A DNA stretch of 63,204 nucleotides, counting the filler, from Catajapyx aquilonaris (Eukaryota): assembly GCA_000934665.2 (NCBI GenBank). It is 3 parts of 3 records of this genome, joined end to end, with 100 filler letters (N's around TTAATTAATTAA, not from the genome) between each part and the next. Parts side by side here need not be neighbours in the genome. Positions count along the whole stretch, not along the records: positions 21,163 to 42,092 come from JYFJ02006162.1; positions 42,193 to 63,204 come from JYFJ02006164.1; 1 more part is not named here. One strand, 5' to 3'. Each line of letters opens with the position of its first letter. Within the stretch, counting starts at the first letter, position 1. The notes beneath the pieces are model-generated. The model saw only the letters and a program-made list of their open reading frames with translations. It was not told where the DNA came from and ran no database searches. Made by a program: the position numbers and the translations under genes. Positions 28,732-42,616 of the stretch are shown piece after piece.

Positions 28732-28980
28732 GAATGGGTTAGTGCCATAACGTGCTAAGCCACAAAACCTTCATTCTGAGATATGGGCTTTCAAAAGTTT
28801 GGCTTAACATGGCAAATCATACAAAACAAGGAACATTATTCGTGATTTTCTCGTGATCTATGGGGAATTTTTCTAACTACGTGATGCCCACTTGTGAAGC
28901 ACGATGGTGGGACTTTCAGACACGTGCAAGCTCAAAAAACACAAAAGTGTGGCTTAGCACGTTATGGCACTAACCCCTTC
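28732..28980. mobile_element. MITE with ~33-bp TIRs and AATT target duplication (Sola-like)
   Basis: AATT-gaatgggttagtgccataacgtgctaagccaca ... tgtggcttagcacgttatggcactaaccccttc-AATT. A 4-bp AWWT target is characteristic of Sola1. Confidence 0.85.
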
Positions 28981-30271
28981 AATTATGTAAGTTGTATTAA
29001 TGTTTATGGCACACTTGGCTTACTGGTGTAAGCAAAAAAAGACGAGTGAGAAAGCGCTGAGGAAAAACTACAGAGAAATTGAACCTGCAAAGTAGAAACG
29101 TTACTGAATTCTGTCTACTCTCACATTATACCTTAATGTAGCATTTAAATGAAATATTTAGGCCCACTTACATCTCTCAAGAACTTGTATAATTTTGCTT
29201 ACATTAAAAAAACAAACCAAATATTGTCGCTTGCACTTCACCATTGAGTACATATAGTAAACGGCTAAACGAAACGTAGGACAGATGGGCATTACATAGA
29301 GTATAATTCTCAAAGTTTCTTTCAACTTTTCCTGTGAAGATGTTGCACTAATACAGAGTACACTGCAAATATGATAAGTGTCAAAACAATGAATTTATGT
29401 GCCAGAGAATTACGTAAATGGTCTGCTACATTTGATAACGTGAAGTTACTGAAGACGTTTAATTTGTTCTGAAGACGCAGTAAAAGCCACTTCGAATGGA
29501 ACTACATAATTATAATTACGAGACAATCCACCCTGATGGTGGTTATGGAATGTAACTTATCGACGACTCCGGACAAGAAGTTATCCTAATTATGAAGAAT
29601 TCCTCGACTTCCACAGTTGTTGTTAATTCCCTTTTCACACTATTGGCAGCCCGCACTACACCCCGCATTGCGCCTGAACAGACCTACAAGGGACTAAGCT
29701 CAAGTATCCCAAAAACACAGAATGTCTCGGTACAAGCTCTACACAGCCTGTATGATCTGACCCACACCATAATGACAGAGCTCCACGTGCATTCAAATTA
29801 CACGCCTGATGGAGGAGAATTCACTTAACTTCTGTAAGCGTTAACCCTACAGTTTATCTTCACATCCGGTACATTTAATTCCGCTGCCTATGCCAGTGCG
29901 TAGAATCATAATGCGCGAGTATATACTTCAAAAACCCAAAAGCAAGGAAATTATTGGACTATTAAGTTATTAGTTCCACTTTGTCGGACTAGCACTGTTG
30001 GCTTGTTGCGTTAATAATGTGCTTGGGAAATTATTTGACACTATAGTGGCATGAAAATATTATTGTAAGAAATCAAATATTGATTATTATACTAGGTTTG
30101 GCTGAATATTCAGTAGCCTAACTTTTACTGATGCATGTCTGTGAAGGATATTTTGAATGCAATATTATTTACTCGGGGATAAAGTTGCTTATTTAGAGCC
30201 TTGGAAGCAAGCAAACGTTATATCAATTAGTATTACTCTTCACTTGACAAATTATTCAAGTTTTTAAAGTA

Positions 30272-30526
30272 CAGGGCGTATGCTCAGTTTTATGATGGGA
30301 TTAGGTTCCAGCAAAGGAAGGTAAAATGAAAAGTCGTAAAACGAGACTAAATTATAATGCGCCTGGAAAAACAAATGAAGAGAGCCTGTTGCTTGTCTGC
30401 GATTTTTTTTGTTATTTTCAAAATTGTTCAAATTTTCCCAAAACTTGTCACATTTTTATATTATATTGAAAAAGTCGTTAATATGAAACTTAGTAAAATG
30501 GATCATCGTATAACAAGGATTACTTG
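30272..30526. mobile_element. Degraded pogo/Tigger-like MITE
   Basis: TA-CAGGG start and CTTG-TA end, with repeated aaagtcgt(a/t)aa subterminal motifs. TIR match is weak. Confidence 0.35.
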
Positions 30527-33500
30527 TAGCTATTTCTAAGACAAATCATCCATGCAATTTTTTGCAGTGTGTATAGCATTTCTCTTACTAAAATAATGTG
30601 AGCAAAATTTGTGGTTACACGCTTTGTAGAGAGCAGGTGTGCCAACTATACGTATGCTGGCATGGAAGTTAAGTGCCACCATTGCGAAAACAAAGCAGGG
30701 TTGCCACTAACGTTTTCTAGAATACATGCAATACCTGTTAGTGCTTTTAAACAAGTGATTTCATTACGACTGTAGCTCAAAATTGAGTGTAACATGATAT
30801 ACTCAGTAGAACAAAAGTAAGACGATTTGATTCGTATCCTTGTAAAATTTCGCAGACCGTTAGGAGTACTTGAGTTCTAATAATATGTGTAACTCTTGAC
30901 CACGTGAAGGTTCTAAGCCATCCCCCATCTTAATTGAAAACGTCTTATTTTCTCCAACTCTTTAGATGATAGATATGAACACGTCTCATTGAAATTAATG
31001 GAAGAAATATGCAATTTTCTCAAATTTGATTTCTGTCTTACCGACGAATTTTTTTGCCAATTTTCATTCCTATATTTCCGAATTGCTTTGACCACCATGA
31101 CGATTATACTTGTGCACCCTACTCACTCGGCGAGGGACACTTGTCAATGAAACGTTTTATTCCAGAATTTTACAGGTGCAGTAAGCCCTAAACTGTATAT
31201 TCCGTGAGTTCACTTAAATGTTATTTTGCTCAATGTGGTTCAAGAATTATAGCGACAGACTCTCGGCATGGAAAATGGGATAATGGAAGCCTAGCAGCAA
31301 CCTTTGAAACAGAGTCTATATGGCATGAACACCAAGTACTCTTGTCTTTGTATACTTGAGAGCGTAATATCTTATTCATTTTGATATTACAGTATGTGCA
31401 TATTCCTAAGTCATGTATACGGACATGATAATGTAAAGTTGCTTATTCCGCGGCAGAAATGTAAACAAACTGGATCATTGAATTGTTACTGCTTAACTCG
31501 CATATGTCTTAAGATGTATGACGTAAGTAAGATCTTTGATGTAACCATGTGGGCCGAAGAAATGTCCTCATCCTGACCAAGAGACAACCTTTGCGCCCCT
31601 CTTGTTTTGCGGTCAGGTCTAATATACAGGCGGTGCACATTCTCTAGTGCCAATGGCTGTTGGTTCGCGTTGTTAACAAAATTGTGCACTCTTTTTGAAA
31701 GGTTGACTTTAAAACAGTTTCGCTGTTGTTGGCATGCTACGAAGCCTGTGCAACACCGATGCTTTATTTTTTTATAAACTTCTGCTTTATTTATATACTT
31801 TGGCAGCACCCATGTGTTGAGGTGGGTGACATTATTAATGCATCAGTTTGCGTGTGAAGTAAATTCGTTGCATTTTTCCGCAATTTTTCAAAATTATTTG
31901 GCTGACTGTTACTTACGGAAAGAATTTCTTAACTTTATAATTTGTCTGGAAAATATCTACCACGTATGAAGGCATCAAAAAATAATGAGACATCATCGGA
32001 AATACACTACATTCATATCGAAAATTATTCGACACGACAAATTATTGTGCACAGAGTTTCAGTGATAGTAAGATGGTTATGTAAAAACTCATTCAACTAC
32101 TTCAAGAATCAGAAAGCATCAATGCTTACTATTTCATTTAATTTCTAAAGTTGCAAACAAACTGCATACGACAATCGCAGACCTCCTCTGTTAGGATGTA
32201 TCGTTGATGGCATATTTTTATGTAACAATTATCATTTTACGCCCAGTCTTACAACTTTTGCCTTCAAAAACTTTTGCTATTCTTTCAGTAGGCTTTCCAC
32301 TGGCAACCTTATAATTTATAGCACAATTTAGACAATACTGTAAGAAAGGTTAGTGCACAGTCAAGAGAGTGTCTTCATAATATGATTTGAAGTATAACGG
32401 AATTATTTTTATAGCAAGAGGCTGTTCAACTGAATTAATACAATAGTTTCCAGAGTTACGTCATTAAGCTACATTTGATGAAGAAATCTTATATCTCTAA
32501 CACTCTAAGGACAGCAAAAGATTATTTGTAATTTTGTGTTGAATTGAAGTGTCTTTTTGGCTACTGCTCGAGGGGATTAAGGTCTACCTTGGACATAACT
32601 GGACCCTTGACTTCTAGGTGAATGATTCCCCCTTTTTTCGAAGCTAAATTTCTGATACCTGGAATGGTCAACTGATATATACTTCAATTTAACTGACTTT
32701 AGGAATAATTTTGTTGCCCCTGAAAATAAATGCAGGAGATTAGCTGTAAAATTTCAAAATTTTGAAGCATTAATGCAGTTTACATCCTTTTGTTAATTTA
32801 ATATTAATTTTGATGGAATAATGTATGTGCACATGCATGCAACACACGGCTAATGGGAATCTTGTTGAGACCTTTGCATGTTTATGATTCCTTGTGCAAT
32901 AATTATGCTTCTTTTTGTGTTTTGTAGTGCACAAGTCTCTGTAACCAGAATCTGAGAAAGATAGCTACAACTTTTTTTTATAGAAAGGTACTCTCTGTAA
33001 CTGACTGTAATGCATAATGAGGTTGGTGGTGGGAAAATGTGACATATTTTACAAGACTGCTACTTATCTGGTTAATGCAACTTAATATAGGGGTGGACAC
33101 ATGAAATGGCTCGTGCTAAAAATTTTAAATGCGGTTCAGGCATGCTCGAGAGCAGCTTTTATTGCTCATTTTATCCCTTTGAACTAGCCGAGACAAGCGA
33201 GAAATTAGAAAGCAAACTATATGCCAGCAGCACGTATGCAACGCCTCCTTATGAACTGCCTTGGTAGCTGATATATAAGTCGAGAATCTCAAAGTTCTGC
33301 CTACAACTCTGCGGTAACGAGTTGTTCGCTTCTCAAAATGAGGCCGCAAAAGGGTGGCTCATTGGAGAAATCCTGCTGGAGTGAGCGCCATTTTGATGAG
33401 AGAAACTCAAAGGGAAAAGTGAAGGTCCTGGGCTTTGTCATTCTACTCCCGCCACTGTCGTTGTCTGGAATTTTGGATAATAAGGCAAGGCAAGGCTATA

Positions 33501-36500
33501 TATATATACGAAAATTTGCTTATTGAAGAGGGAAGTCTGCTGTAGCTTTGAGATGAGTTGGGAGTCAGGAAAGTCGTATATAGTTGGCGCTGCTGGCTGG
33601 TTGAGACAAGAAAGTCCTCCCCCATTCGAAAAGCAGGGGCCTTAGAGGCAATAATCTGAAGAGGCGTTTGGCAAAAGGAGATAGAGCGAGAGACAAAAGC
33701 AGACGAAGTTGTGCACAGCCAAGGCTCTTGAGGCTTTACCATCAGAGTCTGGATGGATGGATATAATATATACGCCTGGGGCAGAAAATCGTCGCCCAGG
33801 CCTAGCCCAAGCAGCCAGCAGACGGCCTTTTGCTCGGATGGAGCTGCGAAATCATCATCGAGTGGATGGAAAGGGACGGAATAAGGAAGCAGTTGGGCCG
33901 CACGTCAATGCGGATTCTCTCATTTAGCATCTTGCAAATGGAAGCTGCTGCTGGGCCCGGGCTGCAGCCAAGCCTTCCCCCCCCCCCCCCNCCCCCCTTT
34001 TCTTTTCTTTTCCTCCCCGGGAAATGGGGGGGCTGCTTCTTAGTTCCCAGGGGATTGAAGAGGGGGGGAAGGCAGCTGGTGGGGAGGACAAAGTTGTCGC
34101 CATATTAGCAGAAAGGGGATGGTTGCCAGGCAACCCGGTGGCGGTCAGGGTGTGGTCATGGGAGGAGGAGTCTGCCAGCTGTCAAGGATGCTGCCATTCC
34201 GGAGGAAGGTGCGCCTCCATCTCCAGGCCTCTGCACGTGCGCCGTCTTGGCCCCACTCCCTGGACTTTTTTCAAATGAAAAATGCCCCGGGACTTAGCTG
34301 CGAGACCCCCGGATGTAGGAAGGAAGGAAGGAAGGAAGCAAACCGCGGGGGCGAATAACTCTGCCACCCACCCCCCTCCTCCCACCCTGCAGCTCACTCC
34401 GAAAAACTTCTTTTTACAGCGGGGCTCCCAAGAATGCCAGCTGCTGCGATTGGTCGGCTGTCAAATGTCTCTTGCGCCAATGTAATCCAGATGAGGCCCG
34501 CTCTCATTATGAACTAGCATTCCGCAGCACTTGTGTTATAATTGAAGTCTATTTCATTAATTTCTAAGGCCCTAGAGTTTTCTTTTTTAACCCCCCCCCC
34601 CTCCCTCCTTTCCAGCAGAACCCAACCCCCCCTTCCAACTTTCCTTATTCCCTTCTAGCAGACTGCACTAAATGTTCCGCTTGTTTCGCCAACTCCAGAC
34701 TATATTCTTTTTATCCTTACTCCCCCAAGGCTTCCGATTCTCAACCCTCCATGGTAAAATTGCCTCGGTTTCAACCTCCACCTTATAGTAAATATTTGTC
34801 AACCTGCTGCACGAGCAAACTCCGCGATGTTTGGTCGACGTTCTTGAAGCTTGACGATGTTTGGGAACTGGAGAAGTCCTCCATTCGTCTAAGCATTTTT
34901 AACATCTAACCACCACCACCACCACCACCACCTCCCTTTTCTCCGACCTCTCATTTTCTGGTAGAAATCCAACTTGTGGACTGGATCTGGCGTACCTAAT
35001 TTAATTTGAAAGACCTGCCTTCTGAGAAAACAGATATCTTGTTAGCGTTTCTACCCCCATGCAGAAAATAAAAATACTTCAACTTGATGTTCGAAATGTG
35101 CAGCAATTTCCCGCTCACTCTGGACGGAAATGAGAAGTTTCTCAAATATAACCAGACTTCGTCTGCTAACAGAAGTCGACAGGGATTGCGTGTATATAGA
35201 GAGGGTTGGAAATTTTGGGCAGAAATTTACGTGACCATGACTTATTATTAAGTTACGTGACATTGCGTCAATTACTCGTACTTAGTTTTTGAAATGCTGT
35301 AGGGGCCTACTATTTTGCCATATTAATGCTGTACTGCAAGTGCAAATTGTAATGAGGCTGGGGCAGCACTATACATTGACCATGTGGATTTCTGCCTTGA
35401 TGGGAGTCAGGCACGTGCAGGTCAGCACTTATCACTACCCACTTTACCCACTACAACCAAGCTCAACATGAAGTGTTATTTTTTGCATATCTTCAAGAGG
35501 AAATAGGTAAGATTTCATGCAGACCATTACCGGGTAGCTACATCTTGGTCAAGGATGTGCACTTACTGTCGTTAGTACATGATAAAATATTTATATATTC
35601 TTAGACTTCCTATTTTAGAATAATTGTGCAGAATTTGTTAGAAAACCCAGGAATTACGTACCACATACGTTTTTAAAAAACGATTGAAATTATTAAATGA
35701 AATCTTGCATTGTTTATAAATCAAAAATGGCCCAAATTTTGGATATACTGTTCCCGGAAGGTACTAATGTGCAGGCTACACAGTACGTGTATGTTAATGA
35801 CTCCCATAATCGAAAGGCATGTTATATTCACGCCCGAATATCTGATCAGATGATATTATTCATCCTATCTTGTAGTTAAACTTCTCCAGAAACACACTAC
35901 AAACTCATCTCAAACTAAAGGAAACTGATGCATAATTCAGTTGGCAGAACGAATGATAAGTCATCAGCAAGGTGAACGATTCTGTGTCAGCTGTTTTTAT
36001 TTTTATTTTTTTGCCCCTCCTCATTTAATGCGTAGCGCACTTCTATATTTGCATGAGAATTCCTGATGACACTCCTAAAATGAAACCCTGAGCCCTCCTC
36101 ACAGCAACATCTACTTTGCAACTGCAAGGAAAAATGCAAATTAGCCGCAAATTTAGCCGAATATGGGCGACATTTGATAATTTTCCTCCGAGACCCATGA
36201 AGAAGATTTGCGTCTCCGCAGCACAGCGTTTAGCCCCGGAAAATGTGAAATAAATAAATATTAATCAAGAAGGTTGCCTTGCCGGGGCGTCATGAATATA
36301 TCAGTAAGCAGCGGATGAAACTTAGTATAGAGGGCATGATTTTTTAATGACCTTATTAGGACCTCGCGATTCTGGAGGAATTGAGGCAAAAATGTTATGG
36401 TCGCTATAGCTCATCAGGCAAAATTTTTCACTTTTAGGACCGGTTTTACCGTAGGCCTATAGTCGATGGGAATTCAGCAGAGCATTGATAATGTTGTGAC

Positions 36501-38514
36501 GTTCAGACACGCGATGTTGCTAAAATGAGTTTACAAGTTACATCATTTCAGTCCGGATTTTTTCGCAACAGCATGTGAGTGCAGCAATAATTTTCGAAGC
36601 GTGCACTGTTAGGCCGACAATTTTGGACATTTCTACGTTATTTAAATTAGTTATTAATGTAGTAGTAAATGATACTGACAGCTTATTTCTCCCCAAAAAC
36701 GATTTTAAAAAATTTATTTGCAGCCCAGAGGTAATGTGAAGAGATTAGGCCATAATCCACGTCGGAGTCACTTTACTTCACGCATGATTTTCAATCAAGC
36801 CCCTTTGAGCATGATTTTAATTATGACGAAAGCCCTCAAATTTGGCAGGGTTTAGTCCAATTGTCAGTTTTTGCCGCTGTTCGACTTAAACTGCTCATTT
36901 AGAAACTTACACCGACGCCTGAGCATCCGTCAAAATCTTGATGCCGCTATACCCGCCCTTCCGCCAGGCCTAAATTCGCCAAGTTTGGAACAGAGTGAAG
37001 CGATTATTTACTTCGAAATAGACGGTTACGTTGTGCAGTATTGATGAGTCCTAAGTGAATTATAGGTTGAGAATGAAACCAATCTTGTCTTGGAGCCAGA
37101 ATATTCTCGGATGTCTCATCTCGAAGCACCGGTAGGCGACATTACAAGGCAACGGTCGCTTTCGACGATTATTTTGCGAGGAACTGAAGCAATATTATAT
37201 TTTGTGCCCTATTTCATTACTCGAATTATTTTTAACAAGTGCTGGATTTAACAGAATTAAGTAAGAAGATTATTAATTTTTGTGGGACCTCTTCTAAGCT
37301 GCGTCATTTGAATGTGACGTACTTTTTGCTCATTATTTAATTTAGCAGATTTCTAAGTGAGCTAATAATGTTACACATGCCTGTTACATTGGCAAACGTC
37401 ATTCCTGTGAGTAGGCTACTACTATAATAACAATGTTAAAAATAATACAGTTATATTTTTAAAGTTTTTGATAGAGTGGTACACAATATTACCGCAATAA
37501 GTTATTAGATTGAAAATGTCTTTCATCTTGTGCGATGAATACAGTTCGCTTTTACCGTCGCTAAAATTTTTGCAAACTATTTCTCCTAATAAATGTTGCG
37601 AAAAGGGCTGCAGTTTTCGAAGCATCAGAAAATGTCAATGAGTTTATCGAGGTTCCAACGTCGGCATTTCATCGAAGAAAAGGACAAAGGTGGAAAGGCG
37701 ATATTTCGCCCAACGACCCCTCCGAAATTGAAAATTCCTCCGATTTTTGCGGGACATAAGCTGCTATGCAAAATCGGCCTTTTGCTATGGTACAAAGGCG
37801 TCTCTTATATTCCCAAGCCGCACCCTCGAGGCAAATGAAATGGTGTAAAACTTCTAGATAAAAGCGACTTAAATCAGATGCGGAAGAGGGGGGGAGGGAG
37901 GGGGTAGAAACCAGCTTATCTAATCAGAGGAGGTATAAAAAAGGAGTAAGTTTTGAAGGAGCTTGAACCTGATTTTTGGGTGTGTTAAAAAGGGGTGCAA
38001 GGTCCAGCTGCTCGACTGACCACCGCCCCATCTGACCATCCAGTTCCTCTTCTCACGCTTGCTCTTTTTTCTCCTTTCACATCGGGCACCCTCTCCCTCC
38101 ACGTGAGTTAACGTATGTGCCTGATGTCCTTTCTTCGACTGAGAATCGGGGGACATCGGAAGGAGATTTCCGGATGGTTCCCACCTTTTCGGTTCATCCA
38201 TCCCCCAACCCAGCAGCTTTCTAATCGAACTGTGCTTTTTTTGACGGTTACTTTTCTGATGAGTGGAGGGAAAAATGTGGGTTTGGATAAGCTTCACAAG
38301 CTGGGTCCAGAAACGGTTGAGATCTATGCATAATGTGTGTGAGAAAGCGATTTTTGCGAATTTCGACAAGAAACGGTTTGTTCTTGTGAGGCTGGTAAAT
38401 TTTGAATAGTTTTGATTCAAATTAATATTCAAGATGGGTGGGACGTTTTTGACAATTTATGCGCCATTTTATGCTTCATTTGAGTTGTGTATACTCTCCA
38501 TATCTTTGAAATAA

Positions 38515-38715
38515 CACCCACTCTTTTTGAGCGAATGTCTCTCATTTGACGATACAATGAATCGTTACTGAAAACAATTATTTGGTTGATTCAAATTGAA
38601 TTTTTACTCAAAACAACCACTTGATATAGCATTGACTCATTTTGAGTGAAAATATTCTCCCAACTGATACATTCTTGAAGTCTTTCGCCAAATTGAGTGA
38701 AATATTTAATCAAAT
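38515..38715. repeat. Cluster of TTGAGTGAAATATT-like motifs in both orientations, probably a DNA-transposon remnant
   Basis: ttgagtgaaatatt at ~38642 and ~38693, with inverted ttactcaaaa and tgactcatttt nearby. Confidence 0.35.
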
Positions 38716-41700
38716 AGGCGGAAATATGATAAGAATATGATATTTTAGCCTGTTGGAAGAGTCATCCGGAACTATTGAGTGCTATTTCAAGAGGAGAAGG
38801 AGTGAAAACAAGTGCAAAGTAACTTAGGATGCGGGGTCTATAGTGACCACAGTATATTTTTCGCAAAAAAAATTTACATCGCTTTCCGTCTAAAATTTGT
38901 GCACATTTGAAATTAATATTGTAAAATAATGTGCCATGCACTTTCCTGTATAAAACTGGCAGCAAGAGTACTTGTTTAATATAGACTACTATTACAATAT
39001 TTATTAAATATTATTGCATGTCGACTGTTTTAATAATTATTACACGAAAATAATAACCGTATTTGTTTCATGCAATATAACTCCCACTTATATTTATTAC
39101 CGATTTTGAAAGGACAATTATGTTCATATTATTTTTCCGAACTAATGCACCTTTACATTGCAATTTTAAGCCATGAAATTTTATTAAAATGTAATTTTTA
39201 TGGGTTTTACCTAGCCCCCGCAGAACTCAGCTCAAAAATGAATAGTTTACTTCACTGAAATTAATATTGACCAGATTTCCATTTGCTAGAATAGTGTTAA
39301 AATCCGGCGTCTCGAGAATTGCCCCAGTTTTCCTTGGAACCAGACTCTACACTGCCGCTTTAGAGACCAAACGCCATGTTGAGGCCACAAGGTTCCGAAC
39401 CCAGAATCCTCGGCAAATAGGTACGTCATGTATTCGGTTTGCTCCTCGGGTCGTTTCCGCATAAGAACCTTCCAAGAACTGCATTTAGAAATTGGCCACG
39501 ACTGACATCCGCACTAGTCTCAACCATTTGGGGGGGGGGGGGGNGCTGTGAAACCCCCAGCATTTTCCAGGGAGGCAATGCCAAAGTAGTTGTCGCAATT
39601 ACACGATCCTTGGCCAGGTATAACATGGGGAATAACTTGAATATCTGAAGAGAATTCGCATGTTAGCTGAGTTTGAGGTCCGAATAAAACTCAATTTTGG
39701 GGAGGGAGACCCCGGCACAACTTTCTCCGGGCCTAGAGTCTAGACTCTCCCGCCCTAGACGCCGCAATACACCCGACGCCCATTGAAGATTCTTTTGTTT
39801 GGTCTCCGGATATTTTTGTGTTGTTTCGACTCACGTCAATGCTTGGCGGAGAAGCCGAGAAACTCAATTTATGCAAGTGACACTTGAAAATTAAGGTATT
39901 AGATCGATCTGTTTTGGCTTCCTTTGCGAACATGGGTGGGTGGGAGGGGAAAGTTCCGTTTTCGTAATGCAATATTTATAGGCATTTGGTGTTGAGAAAT
40001 TTCCACGTTTTTGGGAGGAGGGATCAAATATGGCGGGTTTTGAGGTGTCTAAGCACGTACACGTTTTAATTTCGAGGCACGTCTAGGCATTTATTTATTA
40101 TAAGGATGCGGCAGAACTCGGTGCTGGAACATGGAAAGCGGTTAAAACCAATTTATGTAATATGCGGCGATGTGTAAGTCATTATATCACACGATTATTA
40201 ATAACGCTCGTGTTAACTCTAACCGAATGTATAAATAACGGAGGTAATTTTATATCGCTGATCGCTGTGCCGATTCGGTCCATTACCTGATGCTCCGGCC
40301 GCCATTTTGCTCCTGCGCGATTAAAATTACTAAATTTCACAGTTTCTGCTTCGGGTTCACTTTTTCACGTTATAATTAAGTTTCAGTATTAACATAGTGT
40401 TGTGCAGATAATTTAGAAATTTTTAAAAACAGAGACTTGCGTTTATATGTGCCGAAACATGTTGAAATTCGTAGGCATTGCCGTGCGGTTCTTTTGAAAT
40501 CCCAAAGTGGCTTTTTGATATAAAAAGTTTATAATTGTGTTGAAATCGCATCAAATCATAAGTTAATTGAAATATTAGCAAAGCCTGTATAGTTAACACC
40601 ATACATCAGGAAATGTCAAATTCGGTACACCGCTGCATGACCCCCCCTGGACGTAAATACATGCTGAATGACCGCTGATATTTGCCCCGACGAATATTAT
40701 TAATAAAATAAATTATATATCGAGGTAATTAACTGATTAATATTAACACGTACATATATAAATGGCAAAATTAATTTAGATTCGTACATCACGCAGCTTA
40801 CATTGTGGATATCCCCGAAAGCCAAAACTCCGGCTGCAGCTTCCTATACGCCGCCGAGTATGACAGAAACATGAATTATTTTAGGTCATAGGCCTGTGGT
40901 TCAATGTCCCAAAGAGTATTAAAATGCTATGAAAATATATGCAGCGCCAATATCACACTTGCTTGGAAATATGCCATCACAAATCAGCGGGTTCAGTACC
41001 ATCTGCAACCGAATTTCTAAACACTATACGGATCGGAGTTTTGAAAATTGGTGTACAACACCGTACAACCAAAACACCGCTACATTTTAAAATTGTCGTG
41101 ACATTACTTACTAAGTGACCTCATCACTGTCCACTTACAATCTTGACAACGTTGGAAGGAGTACCACGCACATGTTTGTAACACCCGATGTATGAAATAG
41201 CGAATAACTGAAAAATTCAAACATTTTGCGGCGGCATCGCCAGCAAGAAATTCAGCCGAGAAGCCGGTTCCTACCCCGTCGGGTAATGTACCTGCTACCG
41301 GCAACCCTTCCCCCGAAAAAAAAAACCCCCAGTGAGGGGACAGAACCCCGACAAAAAAACACAAGTCCGTTTTTTTTACACGACCCGCACCCAGGGTCGA
41401 CCCTTCTAAAAAAGAGGATCTGGTTTTTTTGTATACAAGGGCTCTTTTGTGCCGCACTGTATCTACACCTAATTAATCCGATCCTCTCACCATTTGATGT
41501 TTGTAAGCTACTCCAGAGTGTGAGGTGGATCAACCCCCTCAAAAAAAAAGATCGTTTCATTAATCGAGGGTCGAGGGTCGGGGTCAGGTGAATACAAGCA
41601 AAAAAGTGACACGCGAACAGCAAAAAATAGGGACCACACTTGACTTGGCGGAAAATGACCTCCGACATACAGGTGAGGTTTTGTGCCGGGTCACACGCCG

Positions 41701-42092
41701 GTCCTGCATAGCCAGGAAAGCAGGCCAACGATTCCGAAAAACAAGAGTTGAGGTCCGGCCCAGAATGAATAGAGTGGAATTATTAAAACAACCGGACTCA
41801 AGGTGCCAGGTTCTTACTTAAGAAATTGCGATGTCTTTATTTCATAAGTCGCGAACTTATAACCGGAGTATATTTCTTAATGATATAAGACGTGTTTCTA
41901 AGTCCAATATGATCAACGCCTTGAGTTAAGATCAGTACAGTTAAGATATGCTCCACCTAGAAGACATGTCTGTTAAGTCACCCCCCTCCCCCACCCCCCC
42001 AACCTTTTCCCCCACCTTACTCCCCCACCCCCCAACTCCCACCCTCACCTCCCTGAAGGAGGAGCCAGAGGCTGAGGGTATCCATCCTATTC

Positions 42093-42192
42093 NNNNNNNN
42101 NNNNNNNNNNNNNNNNNNNNNNNNNNNNNNNNNNNNTTAATTAATTAANNNNNNNNNNNNNNNNNNNNNNNNNNNNNNNNNNNNNNNNNNNN
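42093..42192. other. Artificial contig-joining linker
   Basis: Second identical N44-TTAATTAATTAA-N44. Confidence 0.97.
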
Positions 42193-42196
42193 ATTA

Positions 42197-42198
<2 letters not shown>

Positions 42199-42250
<52 letters not shown>

Positions 42251-42557
42251 ATTAACCTCCCTGCAGAACGATGCAGGGAGGGAATCTTTATTTTCGTCGT
42301 GTTGGAACCTTTGACATAGTGCCTGGGCCCACGGGCAGGGTGACTGGGAGGGGATGTGCAAAGTGCAAGTGCAATTCTCAAATGGTACATTTTGTGAACT
42401 CCCCCGGGTGGATTAGTCTGAGGAGATTCCACTCGAAACGAAGCCAGAGACGACCCAACTCTGCACGAGATGAAGGGGGGAACCCTAGGCTGGGATAGAA
42501 CCCGGGACCGTAACATCCGTGGGCGCATACGTTTCTGCAGCGCCACTTCGTCTCTCC
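42199..42557 (-). mobile_element. Probable tRNA-derived SINE ending near a (TA)n microsatellite
   Basis: Minus-strand head ...gtggcgctgcagaaacg...ggtcccgggttctatcccagcc has a degenerate A box and a B box. (TA)n lies at ~42199-42248. Confidence 0.45.
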
Positions 42558-42616
42558 TAAGTAATACGGTATTATTGATGGAGCCAGAGAATGGTAATGA
42601 TATCATAAGCCTTTAA

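Noticed and set aside
33400..34500. GC-richer block with many overlapping short ORFs
   Set aside because: No consistent frame, splice pattern or domain. It may be regulatory, but nothing specific can be supported.
41948..42092. Pro-rich ORF start (MLHLEDMSVKSPPSP...KEEPE) at the end of block 2
   Set aside because: Truncated by the linker and largely a C-rich low-complexity tract, so the evidence is insufficient.
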